From assembly GCA_030141605.1 (NCBI GenBank), contig JAQGDQ010000150.1, positions 356,627 through 420,626 on the forward strand: DNA of 64,000 nucleotides, given 5' to 3'. This document shows, in pieces, positions 20,711-60,726 of this stretch. The position numbers and the translations under genes are program-made. The stretch's first letter is position 1, and the number at the start of each line of letters is the position of its first letter. The stretch comes from Tubiluchus corallicola (lineage: Eukaryota > Animalia > Priapulida). The notes under the pieces are model-generated. The model worked only from the letters and a program-made list of their open reading frames with translations, made no database searches and had not been told where the DNA came from.

Positions 20711-23700
20711 TGCTTTGTTCTAAGGTCACTCGTACAAGTATTCTGTACAAACTCCGTGATTGCATTAACAACTATACAAATTCTGCAGCACCCAAACTGA
20801 TTCAAACTTAATTTGTTTACATTTCAAGTAAGTTTATGTTACCGTATTATCATTATGTAACTTCGTAAACCATAACTTGTGCAAATATATGTATCACATT
20901 TGCGCATTTTGGCCGTGCTTAATTAAAATCCGTTGAAGTAAGTGAATGAGGAAATAAAATGAAAACAATAATAAGTGCCCATGTTTGAATAGTTGGTTTT
21001 ACTTGCCTGATGTTGGCTTCGTTTTTTAGTGTAGGTGAACTGTCTATCCATCATTTATCTGGCATGGATGGAAATACACTGTATTTCTACAAATGTCTAC
21101 AAATGGCGCCCATGAGGAGTAAAGAAGCTAAAAAGTAATAAACACCCTACTTAAATAAATGCCTGTTTAAATGAATGCCCGCTAATTAGTTTGGTTGAAA
21201 AAAGTTAGGGCCTGGTTGCTAAACAAGTTAATATAGTATTGGCCAGTTACTTGGTTAGTTTATCAGCTTTTCTTGGGAACACCATAAATAAATTTTCATG
21301 CTAGTCTATTTTGGCCAGAGCATTTGTGAGCGTCTTACTAAAATTGTAAAAGAATGATGCTTTTCTCTTGAATTTGAATTTCCGCTTTTATTATGGAGAA
21401 AAAATGCACATGACTTTCTAACTAACACTACAGGTTCCAGTTTCACATCGTTCGTTAACGATGTGGTTTTACAATAAAACTGAATTGATTGACATCATAG
21501 AAACTGTTGCCAAATATCCCAAGTTTATCCTATAAGGTATTTCTGAATGTATGTGAAGTTTGGCTTGCAACATTGTACTAAGGCAGCCTAATGTTCAGAT
21601 AGCCACTTACTAAAATGCTATATAAGTTCATTGTATTTGAAATATTAGTAAAAATTTGTAGTCAGTCAAATGAACACGTGGATCTTTGCAAGTTTAACCT
21701 GAAATTTTGCCACTAGGTTATTGGTACTGCTTTAGTTGGCATGTATGGCATTGACGAGCTTTGTAACTATTAGGTCTGAAGATAAGCAACAGCTAATTTA
21801 TTGTAATATGAGTGGTATGATGAAATATAGGAATTGTGTCTTTATAATCCAATTTATAATGTGATTAAAAACCAAATCTTACAAATTATGCTAAAAATAA
21901 TAGGCAAAGTTTTCACTTTAAAGAGTGTCATGTAGAAATCCTTTTTTGGCTTAACATATCTACCGATGTGGTCATCATATTACTAAAAGTAGCATCTGCC
22001 AGAAAAAATTAAGCCATATTGAAATCACTATAAATACTCTATTTGATTTCATTTTAAATAATTTTTACAACTAGTAAGTAAAGGATAAATAAGTTCTTAC
22101 TGAATTTGTTTTTATTTACTTTACATACTAATGTAGGAGCCATGAAGTTAATTCTGCTGTTGTTAAATCAGAGTTAACAGTTAGGAATTTGTGCATGTCC
22201 AGCCAAAATTACCAACAGATATTTGAGTCTTCAAAAGGCTGCATCTTAACTTTTTAAACCAGGTAATTCAATTTATTGCTTAATATATTTTCTCTTGTGG
22301 ATATTCTTAGGATTTTGCAATAGTCAAATCACACAAATTACTAACGGCCTTCATTCGTTTCCTGCAGTTGCAAGTTTTGCCATATTTCATGATCAACATG
22401 CAGAATTTAGAATGAATTTATTTGAATTGGATTGAAAATGTGCATTTTGTAATGAGCTGAATTTGGCTTAGTTTTTTTGCACTGCCTTTATCATTATATG
22501 ATACTTCAGTAGATTAGTGATAATGCTATTGGTGTTTATGCAAAATTTATTTTTTAGTATAGTTCTGCTTTTTCCAATTAACTACCTTGTCAATATCGCA
22601 TATGTATATTATCTGCTATATATGAGGCTGTAACTTATATCCATGGGCCTTCATTTTGACTTTTTTTTGTTATTTACTATTTTTGTGTTCTGACTTTGCC
22701 AATTATTTTTCAGCATAAAGTATTGTTATGGTAGTATCTCCCATTTTACCATAGTTTGAGCCTGTTCAGATATAATACATATTAGGTGTCTTATGAACAA
22801 ATCTGATTAGGTGTCTTAGTAGCTTAGTATTGTGTAATGTTACATGGGTTGTGAAATGCAAAATGACACTAAATGAATGTAGCCTCTAAAAATTATTTTT
22901 GGTTCAATTATTTACAGCAAGCGGTAAGAAATGAGTAAGCTGGTAAACATAGACAAAAAATAAACTTTTGGAGCTTTTTTTGTAAACAAGCAAAATTGAA
23001 GGCCCTTAATATATTATAGTACACTTATCTATACATATTTACAGGGAGCTTTGTTTTTTCTAGTTTCTAAATCATTTAAAACTTGCTTCGTGCTACAAGT
23101 GCTACTGTTCTATACAACAATCACCGCTTTTTTAGCGTATAACTAAATATAAGAAACGAATATATAATCAATTAATATTAATTTTTTTTGTCCTAGTGTA
23201 AGAGTACACCCAATATGTTTTTTTTTCATATCTGCACTCCGTGTTTAGTCACAATTGATTTTAAATGGTCGGTTTTCTTCAATTTGTATCTTATCGAGTT
23301 TTGTAAATTTCAAGTTTATTTTGATTATTGTTTTATGTTTGAGTTGTACAAATCATGTGTATGCCTTTCATTTGACTGTGATAAACTTTTGTAAATTGTA
23401 ATTAGCTCATTTAATGTTATGGTGCCAAGTTATCTTTTGTGTCAATTTTGTTGTATGTGATATGAGATTAGTTATAATTAAGTATCCAAGTATAATTAAG
23501 TTCAACCAGGGGCTTTTGTATCATTATTATTTTAACAAAGCTATATAGAAATAATCTAGTTTTTCTTCATGAATATCTGTAAATTTTATAGTACTGCTCT
23601 TTTACTACAATGTTTGAGAAAATGAAAAGCATTATGACTTGCTACTTGCCTATGCAAATAACTGCTTCATTATTATGAGCCAGTTAAACTCAACATATGA

Positions 23701-24463
23701 ATTCTGGATTGGTAATCCTGGTGTTCCTGAAAGCAAGTGATTATCTGAAAGCAAACGATGGGACTTTAATTCCACCATAATTAAAAAGTGCACTTTCTAC
23801 TTAGCTTTCTTAATTATGGCAAGCTAAAGACCCCATCTTTTGTATTTTGCCAATCAATTCTGTTTGTAAAATCATTAGTAAATTTGCCCCCAAATTGAGT
23901 GTGCTGCAAATAGTGTGTGCATTCATATCTGGGCAGCTCTGTGATAGATAATATCATAGTAATTAGGTTGTTAGCTGTGTTCCTAAAATATGACTAAAAA
24001 GGATAAATCTCTAATTAGATAAGTGCTTTATCTTGAAGCATGAGGCAGGATGTAGACAATACAGTTGAAAAGCTCGTATTAAACTATGTACAGCCCATCT
24101 TTGGGACTTCAGGTTAGCCGTCAGACCATTTGTGGACTGGCTGTATCTGAAGAGCTGTGATCGGTAAACACACCTATTTTTCAGTCTTACAGTATGACTC
24201 CACGTGTATTTAATGCATGTTCCGTAATTCATATACAACAGTTTATTTAAAATACATGTGTACATAATGCGTAATGCGCAATCCATAATGTGTGATCTAT
24301 ATTCATTCGAACATGTTCACTATGGTCCGAATATGCATCTCACAGCAATACATAGACAGGAAACCACCGTTGAATAGGTGACTATAGCGAGTTTTCAAGT
24401 TTTCGATGACCATTTTCACTGATTAGCTTTCTGGAAATTCTGGTTAAGTGAGTTTTTATCACT

Positions 24464-24709
24464 TTAAGACGTACACACAATAATATTTTCTATTTGAGTT
24501 TTTGATAGATGGAAGAAGCACATACTTATGTGTTGTACATCTAATTGCAGTTTTTTCACTAAATGATGACATGTGCTGTAATGTTCTCTCCCCTGCCAAA
24601 TGTTATGCAACCTGTGATTTTTTTTCCGTTTAATAGTACAATATGTACAATAATAAGCTAATGCCGCCACTGTAATTATCACGCTGAAGTTTCCACAGAG
24701 GGGTTCCAA
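24464..24709 (-). mobile_element. PIF/Harbinger transposase N-terminal remnant
   Basis: HNIWQGREHYSTCHHLVKKLQLD..FFHLSKTQ resembles the R..G.YH.L..EL..D...YFRMS..F pattern of Harbinger transposases. Degenerate. Confidence 0.45.
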
Positions 24710-25130
24710 AATTATTCCTTGCAGTTTTCACGAACAGGGACCAAAAATGGCGGAAAGAGCGGTATAACAATGTGTGTCTCGTTATCTGTTTAAAACAATT
24801 GAGGATCAATGTTCAGGCTAACCTAGCTTATGGTAACAGAAAAACTTGTGTTAGACAAAAACTAACCATGTGTGAAATAAGTAACTGTTTATTTACATAC
24901 TGAGAATATCTTTATTTACAAAGAAGTATCTTTTTAAAATATTATTTAAGACACAATAAACTGTGACCAGTACAAATAGGTCAGAAAATCACAAATCTTT
25001 ATATGAATAAATAGAGAGGAAAAACATCTGAATGTAAGATTAAAATAAACCAAATTAATAAATATTTTTACTCACTTAGTTAAATTATATTTTCCCGATT
25101 TTAAATAAAACTAAAAAGTTTGCGCACATT

Positions 25131-51007
<25,877 letters not shown>

Positions 51008-51959
51008 ATTGTAATGCTCTGCTACATCTGCCAGGCACAAATTTACATTCTGTAATTTAGCACAATATATACTTTGTTCTTTTCTTTTCAGGTTCTGTTA
51101 AAAACCACAAGTATATCATGATAAAAAATTTATTTATAAACAGTATTTATTCATGAGTGCAGAAGAATGTGTCTGCTCGAAGAACCAGCAGTAAAATTTT
51201 TTAAGTTTTTGAATTGACTTGGCCAGAATCTTGATGCTCTCCTTCCAGGTGAACTAAGCACAATTTACAAACTGGATTATTCTTTATGTTTAAAAGGTGC
51301 TTTACATGACTTACCTAATCAAAAATCTTGGCACTACACACACCACTGGTGAGATTAATTTTCAGAAAAACCTCTCTAATTTACATTACATTTCATTTAT
51401 AAATTCAGTGCAAATAGTGCACCATTTTTGTTCCAAAGAATATGAGTTCGAATGTCCTATGAAAAAGAGGAAAGTGTCAGACTTGGTCAAGAAGTGACAA
51501 GACTAATTCACCAAGACTTTTATAAAAAAAAACAGCTTGCATGAATTGTAACTTATGAATGAAATTATTAGAAAATACTTGTTCTGCATCAATCAGATCA
51601 ATGAAGTATACGTTATATTTCCTTGCTATTTACTCACATACCTTACCCAAGAATAACTTTCCAAAGAAATCAGGACCTAAATGGTAACTATCTTTAAACT
51701 GTCCTCTCTCAAATGCCATTTGAAACTGTCAACCTATGAAGCACTGATGGATGATGACAAAAAAAATGATTCCATGGCTGAATTATGCAATACCCAAAAA
51801 AGTGTGATCTGATGTTGGATTTAGCTGGTTGCACAAATAACTCATGACTAAGAAGTTCTCTGTGAGGCCTAGAAAAAAGTCTGCCTGTGTCAGAACATCG
51901 TTTTCACTAATTATTATGAAGCAGTTCACAAGGCCTACAGTCTCGCGCCTTTGCTCAAA

Positions 51960-52660
51960 AGTAAAAAACCAAGTGTGATCCGAGCCAATACTAAGACGAG
52001 TACGTATATCCTCAATTCTTTTAAGAGCACACTTAAGAGTAGCATGCTAGGGTAACGATACAACAAACCCATATTCCAAAATGGGTCAAACAACAGCTTC
52101 ATACAGAGAAATAATTAGAGCTACATTTCTTGATATAACACAGTGCTTAATCATGCAAATGATGCCAAATATGACGGTTTGCTTCTATAATGATACAGTT
52201 CAGGTGGGAATTCCATTTGAAGTCATTGGAAATCATTACTCTTAAGTCTCTAATTCAGTTTTTTCAGCTGTTCGTGCATTATTTGGAAAGTTAGGTGTCG
52301 TAAATTTAGGTCGTATTCTAAGTAAAGCACATTTCATAGGTTTAAGGGCCACCAACTAATCTACTTACACCAGTCCAAAATTTCATCCACATCATGTCAT
52401 AAAATATAACGATCAAAATCATCCTATATTGGAGGAAAGGGTGCCAAATCATCAACAAATAATGGGATGCTAGCCCCTATGAAAATGCAATCAGTGATAT
52501 CATTAATAAAGATAAGAAATCAGTAAGGGCCACCCAAAGTTTCTTGGGGAATAAAACTTATAATGGGGCATCCATTCAGTGGACATACCATTAAGAACAA
52601 CACGTTGAAAAAGATTGGTAAGAAAGTAACTGAACCACTTAAGAAGCTTACCTACCTACT
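51960..52660 (-). mobile_element. Decayed CR1-like RT fragment
   Basis: Minus-strand IPQETLGGP..FLIFINDI..LFVDDL corresponds to the RT motifs VPQGSVLGP and FADD, with frameshifts. Confidence 0.65.
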
Positions 52661-55599
52661 TCAATTAATCTTTGTGAAACACTTTTAAGACTTTACATGC
52701 ATCTCTGTCCCCGCAAGAGTTCGTTAATGCCTTTAACCACAATTTTTATGATGAATTTTTTTGTTCCAGTGGTCAAAGTTCAAGTACTAACAACCGACGT
52801 GCACGAAAGTGAGAACTTACAGGGTCGCAAAGTCAGCTATCCTCAGATTTACCATAGATCGAGGTGGCTCTATGTAGGCTTTATGCCCTTGCTTGTCATT
52901 TCCTTTCTTGCATTTAACATTTTTCGTTTTCTCTCTAAGATCGTTTCTAAATTCAAAATAATATATTGATTTAACATATATCATAAACACATTATTTTTG
53001 CTGCATTAAATGTGTGTTGTGTATATGTAGTATATATGTATATATATATGTAACTTTGATTTAAGCTGTTGCTTTGCTTTGTTTTTTTATTTTTTGTTTT
53101 GCCTTCGGGTCGTTAAATATAAAATATTTACGCTTTGATATTCTTTATTTGTTTTTCATTTATGCCTATTAAAAAAAATTATGTTAAAACAGGAGCATCT
53201 GAGTTAGTGACCAATTGGTCTTTCGCTTCTCCTACTCACATATTATTGAAATTTTCTACTTCTATAATATTATAATGTGAAACAAATATTGAGGCAATAA
53301 AATTGAATTAAATGGCACACAATTTCGAAATACAACATATGTGTGCTTGCAAACCAAAACCATCCATAAGTAGGCACAGTTAAATCTACATTAAGATGCT
53401 TCAAAGTAGAAAGCACCAGAAAATTGGTCAAATGTCTTTTTTTTTATTTCTTACGAAAACAAATGCTAAATATATTGTACTTTTATATTCTAGCATCAAA
53501 TTATCAGCAAAATGTCCAACAAATACTAAAAATCTAATTTTATAACTTCTTACCCACGTTTCTGTCTAGAAACTAGTAATGCAATTGTAAAAAACTCAAT
53601 TGTATTTTCAAATGTATCTCGTGGAAGCAGTCATTTTGCTTCGAGTTTTTTCTGTTGCAAGCCCAGATCTTCATCAGAAGGGGCCATCTACTGGATTTAA
53701 ATTTAACTTCAATTTGTTCTTGTAAAATCCATAGCAACCACACTTTCGTACTATTGCCAAGTGTTTTGTAGAAATGCAACAAAAAACAACAGTTGACCTT
53801 AACAGCGTTTTTCTCAAGATTACGTTTTTCAGTGCGCAGCCTGCACCTGAAGTTCAATGTGGATTATCTCAGCTTAGAAATAACACAGAGTGATGAGCTT
53901 GGTATCAAAATGATCCTCATGAAATGCAGATTCAGGATATGTGAATAACTAGAAAAGCTTAAATGCCGACTTACGGATGATTTTACTATGCAAGCACACA
54001 TATAATCAGTAAAATAAAAATTATGTGAAAGTTACCACTGTTATTAAAGAAAATAATGTGGGGAGACCTAAGAAGCCGTAACCTATGGCAGACCACCCAT
54101 AAGTACTTTTATAATATTTTTAGAGTTTTATATATTTAAACAGTATACTATAATTATTATATGAAATTCTAGTATGGAAATATGCATTTTGAAATTACAC
54201 GCCCAAAATTTTAAAAGTTCCCACCTGTAAATTATACAGTTACAAGTAGCTGCCAATACTAGTTACAGCGAATTTTTTACATGCTTACTTTTTAACAGTT
54301 TTCCCTTAACTGCAAAAGTAAATACGAAATTTCAACTGCAAATACAGCTGCCATAAGAACTATAACAACCTACCAGACGTCGTCAACTAGTACATAATAC
54401 CATTTTCGATTCAGTTGCGTTTTATTTTTAACACAACTGTAAAATTAAATATATTTTAGACTGCACAGATTTGTAAAAAAATATCATAAAATATTAATTA
54501 TTTTTAGTAAGTTTGGAAGTTTAGTTCAGATCCAGACCTCAAACCTTTTTGCATCGAGGAAAGCAGTTAGAAATAAACTGCCAATTGCCTGTAACTGGCT
54601 GAAAACGAAAACGAAGACACAATTATAGCATGCAAATTTTTCATGCCAGTTCATTATATTACTAACCAATTTTTTGAATGTTTTGAAAAAAACTATGCAA
54701 GTATTTGATCATCATCAGTGGCTCCATCACATGAAATAATTCTTCGTTCGTTTTTATAGAGAGAAAGAGAGTGACAGAGAGAAAGAGAGAGAGTAAGAGA
54801 GAAAGAGCACTGCAAATTAAACAATGTGCTATAACTTTCTCTCTCTGAATGCACATTTACATTTCCTATTATTCTCATCCCCCTTCTTACTTGGTTAATT
54901 TTCTTTACTCCAGTGGTTTTTCTCTACCACATCACACAAGTGATCATTGGAATTTTGGTTCAGTCATTTAATTTTCACCAATTTTCTACAGAAATCTCTT
55001 TGAAGAGCATCAATTTCCTTTGCTGTTTAACTTTTCAGTATTGTCAAAAACTCAGCATGGTAATAAAAATGCAGGTTCAACAAACTTAAAATTGAAGGGA
55101 TCCATACTCTGATTTCAAGAGGAAAACAAGTCTATTTTTTCAGAACCATTGTGAGGTCTGAACAAACAGGCAATGCTAGAATTTTCGCTGTATGTCAGCT
55201 TCGGTGTATAACAAGATGCCAAGGTATTTACATTTTTCTTCAACTCTTCACTGAATATGATATTGTTCAATTTTCGTATTGTTGACTTTAAGATTATATT
55301 TTTCTAAGCAACTACCGATTCTGCATCTTACAGGTCCTCTATAATAATTAGCTGCAAAGAATTAAAATTATATCGTCTGCATATTGCTCTACTGCCTACT
55401 ACCTACTGCATACTGCATGTAGAAATTAAAGATGATGGTCATGCGGATGTTGCATAATTATGTTCAACTAGGGTATTTGGTCTGAAATTTTCTGGATTAA
55501 GATCTGTGTATGCATGGTCCTTCATTTCTTCACAGTTTCTTCACGTTAATGCAGAATTGTACATATGAATTGATGTATTAAAAAACAGAAAAGCCTGAA

Positions 55600-56560
55600 C
55601 GATAACAGAAGCTTTGAGAATCAAAAGTGAAGAAAATGTAAGTAACAAAGCAATAGATCATGTTCGAAACCATGATAATCCCACGATCATGCAGTGTTAA
55701 ATAATCGTGAAATCTGGATGAATATCAAAAAAGAAGAATGGGAGAGTCTAGAACAAATAGAAAAAGACATGTTGAGAAGAATTTTGAATAAAAAAATAAG
55801 CACTCCATATTTGGGGTATGCTTGTAGAAACAGGTTCCTGGCATATGCAAAATACAGCTCTATTATAAAAAGATTATGTTTTATTATCAGCTGATGATCT
55901 CAGATGAAAGAGATTTAGCTAAACAAATTGTAACGTTGAGCCAGAAAAAAGAGTATTTAAAAATACCTGGTATACGAAAATAAGTGAGATGATGGAAAAT
56001 TATAGAACAAAAAAGAAACTACAGCAACTTAAATTGTGAAATTAAGAAGTCCCTAGGGAAAAGAAAAATGGAAAACTATAAACCAGCAATTATGTTGCAA
56101 GAGCATGAAGATGGAATACAGAGAATGACAATATGAAGATTCCTTGATGGGGAGTGGTACGAAAAACAAAAGTGCATTATTGAGTGTGAACTCACGAATA
56201 TTAAAAACACGATGGAAATCAAGTGAAGTATGAGAATTGAAATGTAATGTCAAAATAAATAATCAGGAAGATTTACAATATTGTAAGTGCAGAAAACAAG
56301 AAGATATTACAGAATTTGCATTGCATTGTAAGAAATCTGAAAGAATAATAAATAATTATCGTGTTAGTTTAGAATAATAATAATGACCACTGTATGAATC
56401 TTTTAGGATTAGTAACAGGATAAATTTTAAAGAAATCGTGAAATCTAGAGTAAATCGGTAGCAGTTAGATGAGAAAGGTATTAAACGGGAAGGTATTAAA
56501 TTTGTATGCAGAACATTAAAATAATGACATTTGATGAAAAGATTACTGCTCATGCGGCTC
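55600..56560 (+). mobile_element. Decayed LINE ORF2 C-terminal fragment
   Basis: EIWMNIKKEEWESLEQIEKDMLRRIL..STPYL is a typical post-RT LINE segment. Multiple stops. Confidence 0.5.
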
Positions 56561-56868
56561 ATCTACACATAGGTTGTGCTTATGTAGGTAAAGGTGAAGA
56601 GAGCCGTTAACCGCTGAACCTTAGAAGATTCACCGTATTGCCTGAGCTGAGCAATGATGGACGATTTGACGTGATGTTGTAAGTAAATCGAAATTATTAA
56701 ATTGAATTAGAGATGCATTGAGGTTGCATTAGAAATATCCTGTTCTGTCGTGATGACAAAAGATATAAACGGTAGAATGCACTTTAAATGTTTATTGATG
56801 TAGAAGATCACAAACAGTAGATATCTTCCTTGATAATTGTTTGAGTTTATACTAGTATAAAGTAGTAA

Positions 56869-57592
56869 TGTTGGGCGCCGAGTAACCCATAAGCCGAAGT
56901 AGGACAATTGACGTACATGGGCTAGCCCAAGTAGGACACTAGAGACAGGTCGCAAATTTAGTCGTTAACCGTACTGGTAGCACCCGTTGTGTTTGTTTAT
57001 TTAATAATGATAATTGAAAACGTCAAAAGCGTTCAATAATTTATTATACATCTGGTAAAATAAAAGCTTATCATTTTGAGTTAGTAAAATGGCCAGTATT
57101 AAACTTGGCTTCGATATTAATCTTTTTATTGTGAAATAAGCCCACCTCTTAGGCGATTCCAACATTTGCTTAAGGTATATCATTTTTATTTTGTTTCGCT
57201 TCACAGACAGGTGATCCGTTTCACTACCTCTTGGACAAATAATTGTTCTTTTACTAAGTAAACGCGCTAACGAGCCATGTTCCCTACATAGTTTCTCTCT
57301 TTCAAACATTAGATACTTATTTTAATGTTATTATGATGTTAATGGAGCTAATTATAATGATGATATTATTGTAAAAAAATACATTGTAAATTGTCAAGGA
57401 GTATCCACCATTATTATAAAGTTACTTTTTTCTAAAACAAATTTAATTGTACGTTTCATTATGTCATAATTCTGAACAGAAATCGCCAGTGTCCTTCTTG
57501 GGCTGCCCATGTATGATGCAAATTTAGCACATGCGTTTTACCGGAAGTGCCTACAGGGTTACTTCGGCTAGTGGGTTACTCGGCGCCCTACA
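56869..57592. mobile_element. Ginger-like MITE, copy 2
   Basis: TGTTGGGCGCCGAGTAACCCA ... TGGGTTACTCGGCGCCCTACA with a 4-bp TSD GTAA. The interior is the reverse complement of 7850-8170. Confidence 0.82.
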
Positions 57593-57949
57593 GTAATATT
57601 ATATTAGCTATAGACCTTCTAATGCATATTATATAGATACTTTTGGTGTTTCCGAGACTGATGTTCTTAAGTGTTTAGGTAGCATTATGACTAATTTTTG
57701 TTCTATGTTTGAGGTAATTATTTGTGGTAATTTCAATTTTTTTTGCATTAATTGGTCAAGTCCTGATTCTGTATCCCAATTATAAAGCATATTTCTTGAT
57801 TTTGTAAATAACACTTTATAAATTCAATGTGTCTCTACAGCTCAAAACAGCATACTTGATCTAATGCTGATTTATTGTTTTAAATGTATTTCAGAAGCTA
57901 AGCCTGTGCCTTGTTTTACTAAAAGTGATCATGACATTGGTGTTTTCCT

Positions 57950-59790
57950 TTGCATAATTTAGCATTGGCAAAGTGAGTTACCTAAAAATGAGGCAGTTTT
58001 AAACTTTAAAAGCTTTAAATATACAATCTGGTATAGTTTGTTTAAAGACAAAGATGTATTTGAGTGTTGGGATATTTTCTTTCTTGTTATCAATCTATTA
58101 TCTCAATCAGATGTTCTAAATCTTTAAACCGATGGGAAAAAGGGCCTGAAGTTGGTAAATTAAAAAAAGAAAAGAATTGTTTATGGCAAATTTATAAGTG
58201 ATCGGTTTAACTTGTGATTTTGCTACTTATCAATGCTAATTCTTTGAATAATGTTCTTTGCAATGCTAAATTGAATTAGGAACATGGGCTAGTTAGTGAT
58301 ATTGCTGCCACTGGAAACTGCAAGAAATTTTTTCAATACTCTAAAAAGTTTCTACATCCTGAAGCCCATATTTCTCGAAATGTTTCTGGTTGTTTAATTA
58401 CAGACATTATCTCTTGCCAGTTGTGTAAATGACTGTTTTGCAACAGTTTTTGCTGAAGAATCAGAATATGTTGAATTGCCTATACCGTTAAGATGGTGCA
58501 ACAACAGTACTGAAGATGTATTTTTTTCCGTTAATGGTATTGAAATTGCACTTATGTCTTTAAGACCTTTGGAAATCTCATAGCCTGGATGGCATTCATG
58601 GGTTCATTTTAAAGCAGTGTTTATCTCATTACCATTGTATATTTTATTTAGAATTCTGGTAAACTCCCTTCTTCTTGGACTGATGCTAATGTCACTCCCC
58701 TTCTAAAGGTTGTTAACACCACAAAATGTGATGAACTGATGCTTATATCACTTACATCTGTTGTTGTAAAAAAATTTAGAAAAGCTTATTTGCTATGTTG
58801 TTTTGTGGTTTCTTTTAGTTAATGAAACTTTCTCTGAATTTCAACATGGTTCCTTACCTGGCTATTCAGTTGTTTCTAATTTGCATTCTTCTATTAACGA
58901 ATGGACCAAAACTTTTGATAAAAAATTATGTTACGTTTACTGACTTAATTTATCTTTATTTTTGTAAAGCATTTGACTCATTTAAAAGAACTTTTATGTA
59001 AGTTGAAATTTTCTGGTATTTGCGGTAAAGATTGTTATGTTGGTATCGTCAGTTTCTGGCAACCCATTGTCAGTGCATTGAACTAAATTGTGTTGTTACT
59101 GACTGGAGAATTGTCAAGAGCGGTATACCTCGGGGAACAATTAGTGGTCCATATTGTTTTAGTTTATATGTAAATGATATTCCAGATCATGTTTCTTCTA
59201 ATACAAGAATGTTTGTGGATGATGTTAAACTTTTTAGAGAAATCAAGGCTCAGTTTGACTGTGCAGTTCTTCAGCTTGACCTTTATGCTGTTGAATCATG
59301 GTCTGATCAGTGGCTTTTGCAGCTGAAGCCTGTTATGTATGAGAAGTAGTGTTACTTATAATTATAAAATTAATGACGAAATAGTTTGGGTAGTTTGTAC
59401 CTTTAAAGGCCTGGGTGTGTTTATGTCCAATCATCTGAAGTTTAGTGATCATATTGCTGAATAAGAAAAGAAAGCCAACAGACCTATTGGCATGATTAAG
59501 CAAACTTTAATTAGCAGGGATTCTTCTGCAATTTTGCCTTTATATAAAAGGTTTGTCCATCCTTCGTTGAAGTATACTGCAGTTATGTGGTCACCACAGT
59601 ATATATTACATATATTCAATGCCTCAAAACAATTCAGAAGCGTTGTCTTCGTTTAGCTCATGATAATGATTTATCGTCTTTATCTTCTCTAGAACAGAGA
59701 CGTACTAGTACTGATATGGTATGGTATGGTACCAGATCACCGTATGGTTATTATGCCAGTAATAATTTGTTCAACTAAACTTATAACAGG
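57950..59790 (+). mobile_element. Decayed CR1-like LINE ORF2 (RT domain)
   Basis: ISLTSVVVK, FQHG, KAFDS and SGIPRGTISGPYCFSLYVNDIP..MFVDDVKLF..WSDQWLL. Many stops and frameshifts. Confidence 0.85.
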
Positions 59791-59889
59791 CAGTCAGACC
59801 AGGATGATTCATTGCTTCCCTACATTTAGACAAAATTTTTCTAATTGATAAAATGTCTCATGCTACAAAGTTAATTACTGCATTCACTT

Positions 59890-60434
59890 CATTCGCGTTT
59901 TAGCTGCAGCAAAGACAACACTGAAAATGACCCTGATAGTGAGTGCAGTTCCAAGGTAATACGGGACCTAGTAAACGAGATGCATTGTGATAAGGAAGTA
60001 CTGGCTGAAAAAAGAAAAAAATTTAAGAAACCAATCCTACATTTTTAGAAAAAACAAATGAAGAAAGACAGAGAGGAAAAGTGGCTGAACGAGAACAACT
60101 AGAGGAGCAAGGTCTTGTGTTTCAAATTTAGATTTTAGTTTTCACACTTTAGTTACTCATTAGCTTTTTAATTAAACATGTATGTAATCTAGAACTGTAA
60201 GCAGTAAACCCTATATAGTGTTTAGTTTATGAGCCAAACATTACTGATTTTTCTCCTGCAACTTAATTGGAGGATTTTACATAGCAAAACTTCAGTGCAT
60301 CTGAACGCTTTTACATAGCCAAGCACTATTGATTTTTGCTCCTGAGTGCAACTGAATGCTTTTGCATTATTTCTTATAGAAAGCATTGTTTCATTTGCTG
60401 GAATGCATTAGCCTGGTTAAGTGAGGGCTTATTG
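59890..60434. mobile_element. pogo/Tigger-like MITE fragment, family B
   Basis: Matches 11100-11450. Ends GTTAAGTGAGGGCTTATTG, the inverse of the 10682 terminus. Confidence 0.6.
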
Positions 60435-60726
60435 TGCACTAGTTTTTTATTATTTTGAAATGAATTGAATCTATTCGGGTGCAAACGATACAAGACATGC
60501 AAAATTAACAGTACAGTGAACAGGAAATGCATGACATCGAACTATGGCAGCTATTCAAAGACATCCAACTAAATCTATACTTTTTGCTAGAATTAGTAGT
60601 ATTGTTCCTTTTATGAGTAATTATGCAATTCTGCAGTGATACCACAGTTCATTACAAAAGTAAGATATGTCGATACTAGCATTATCTTTCCAGAATTGGA
60701 TTCATTACTTCATTTAGCAAGCAAAG

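Noticed and set aside
24121-24173. Possible extra NPHP3 coding exon (GVFTDHSSSDTASPQMV*), faintly like the vertebrate C-terminus
   Set aside because: The preceding exon reaches TAA at 25131 with no suitable in-phase donor before it. The similarity is low-complexity.
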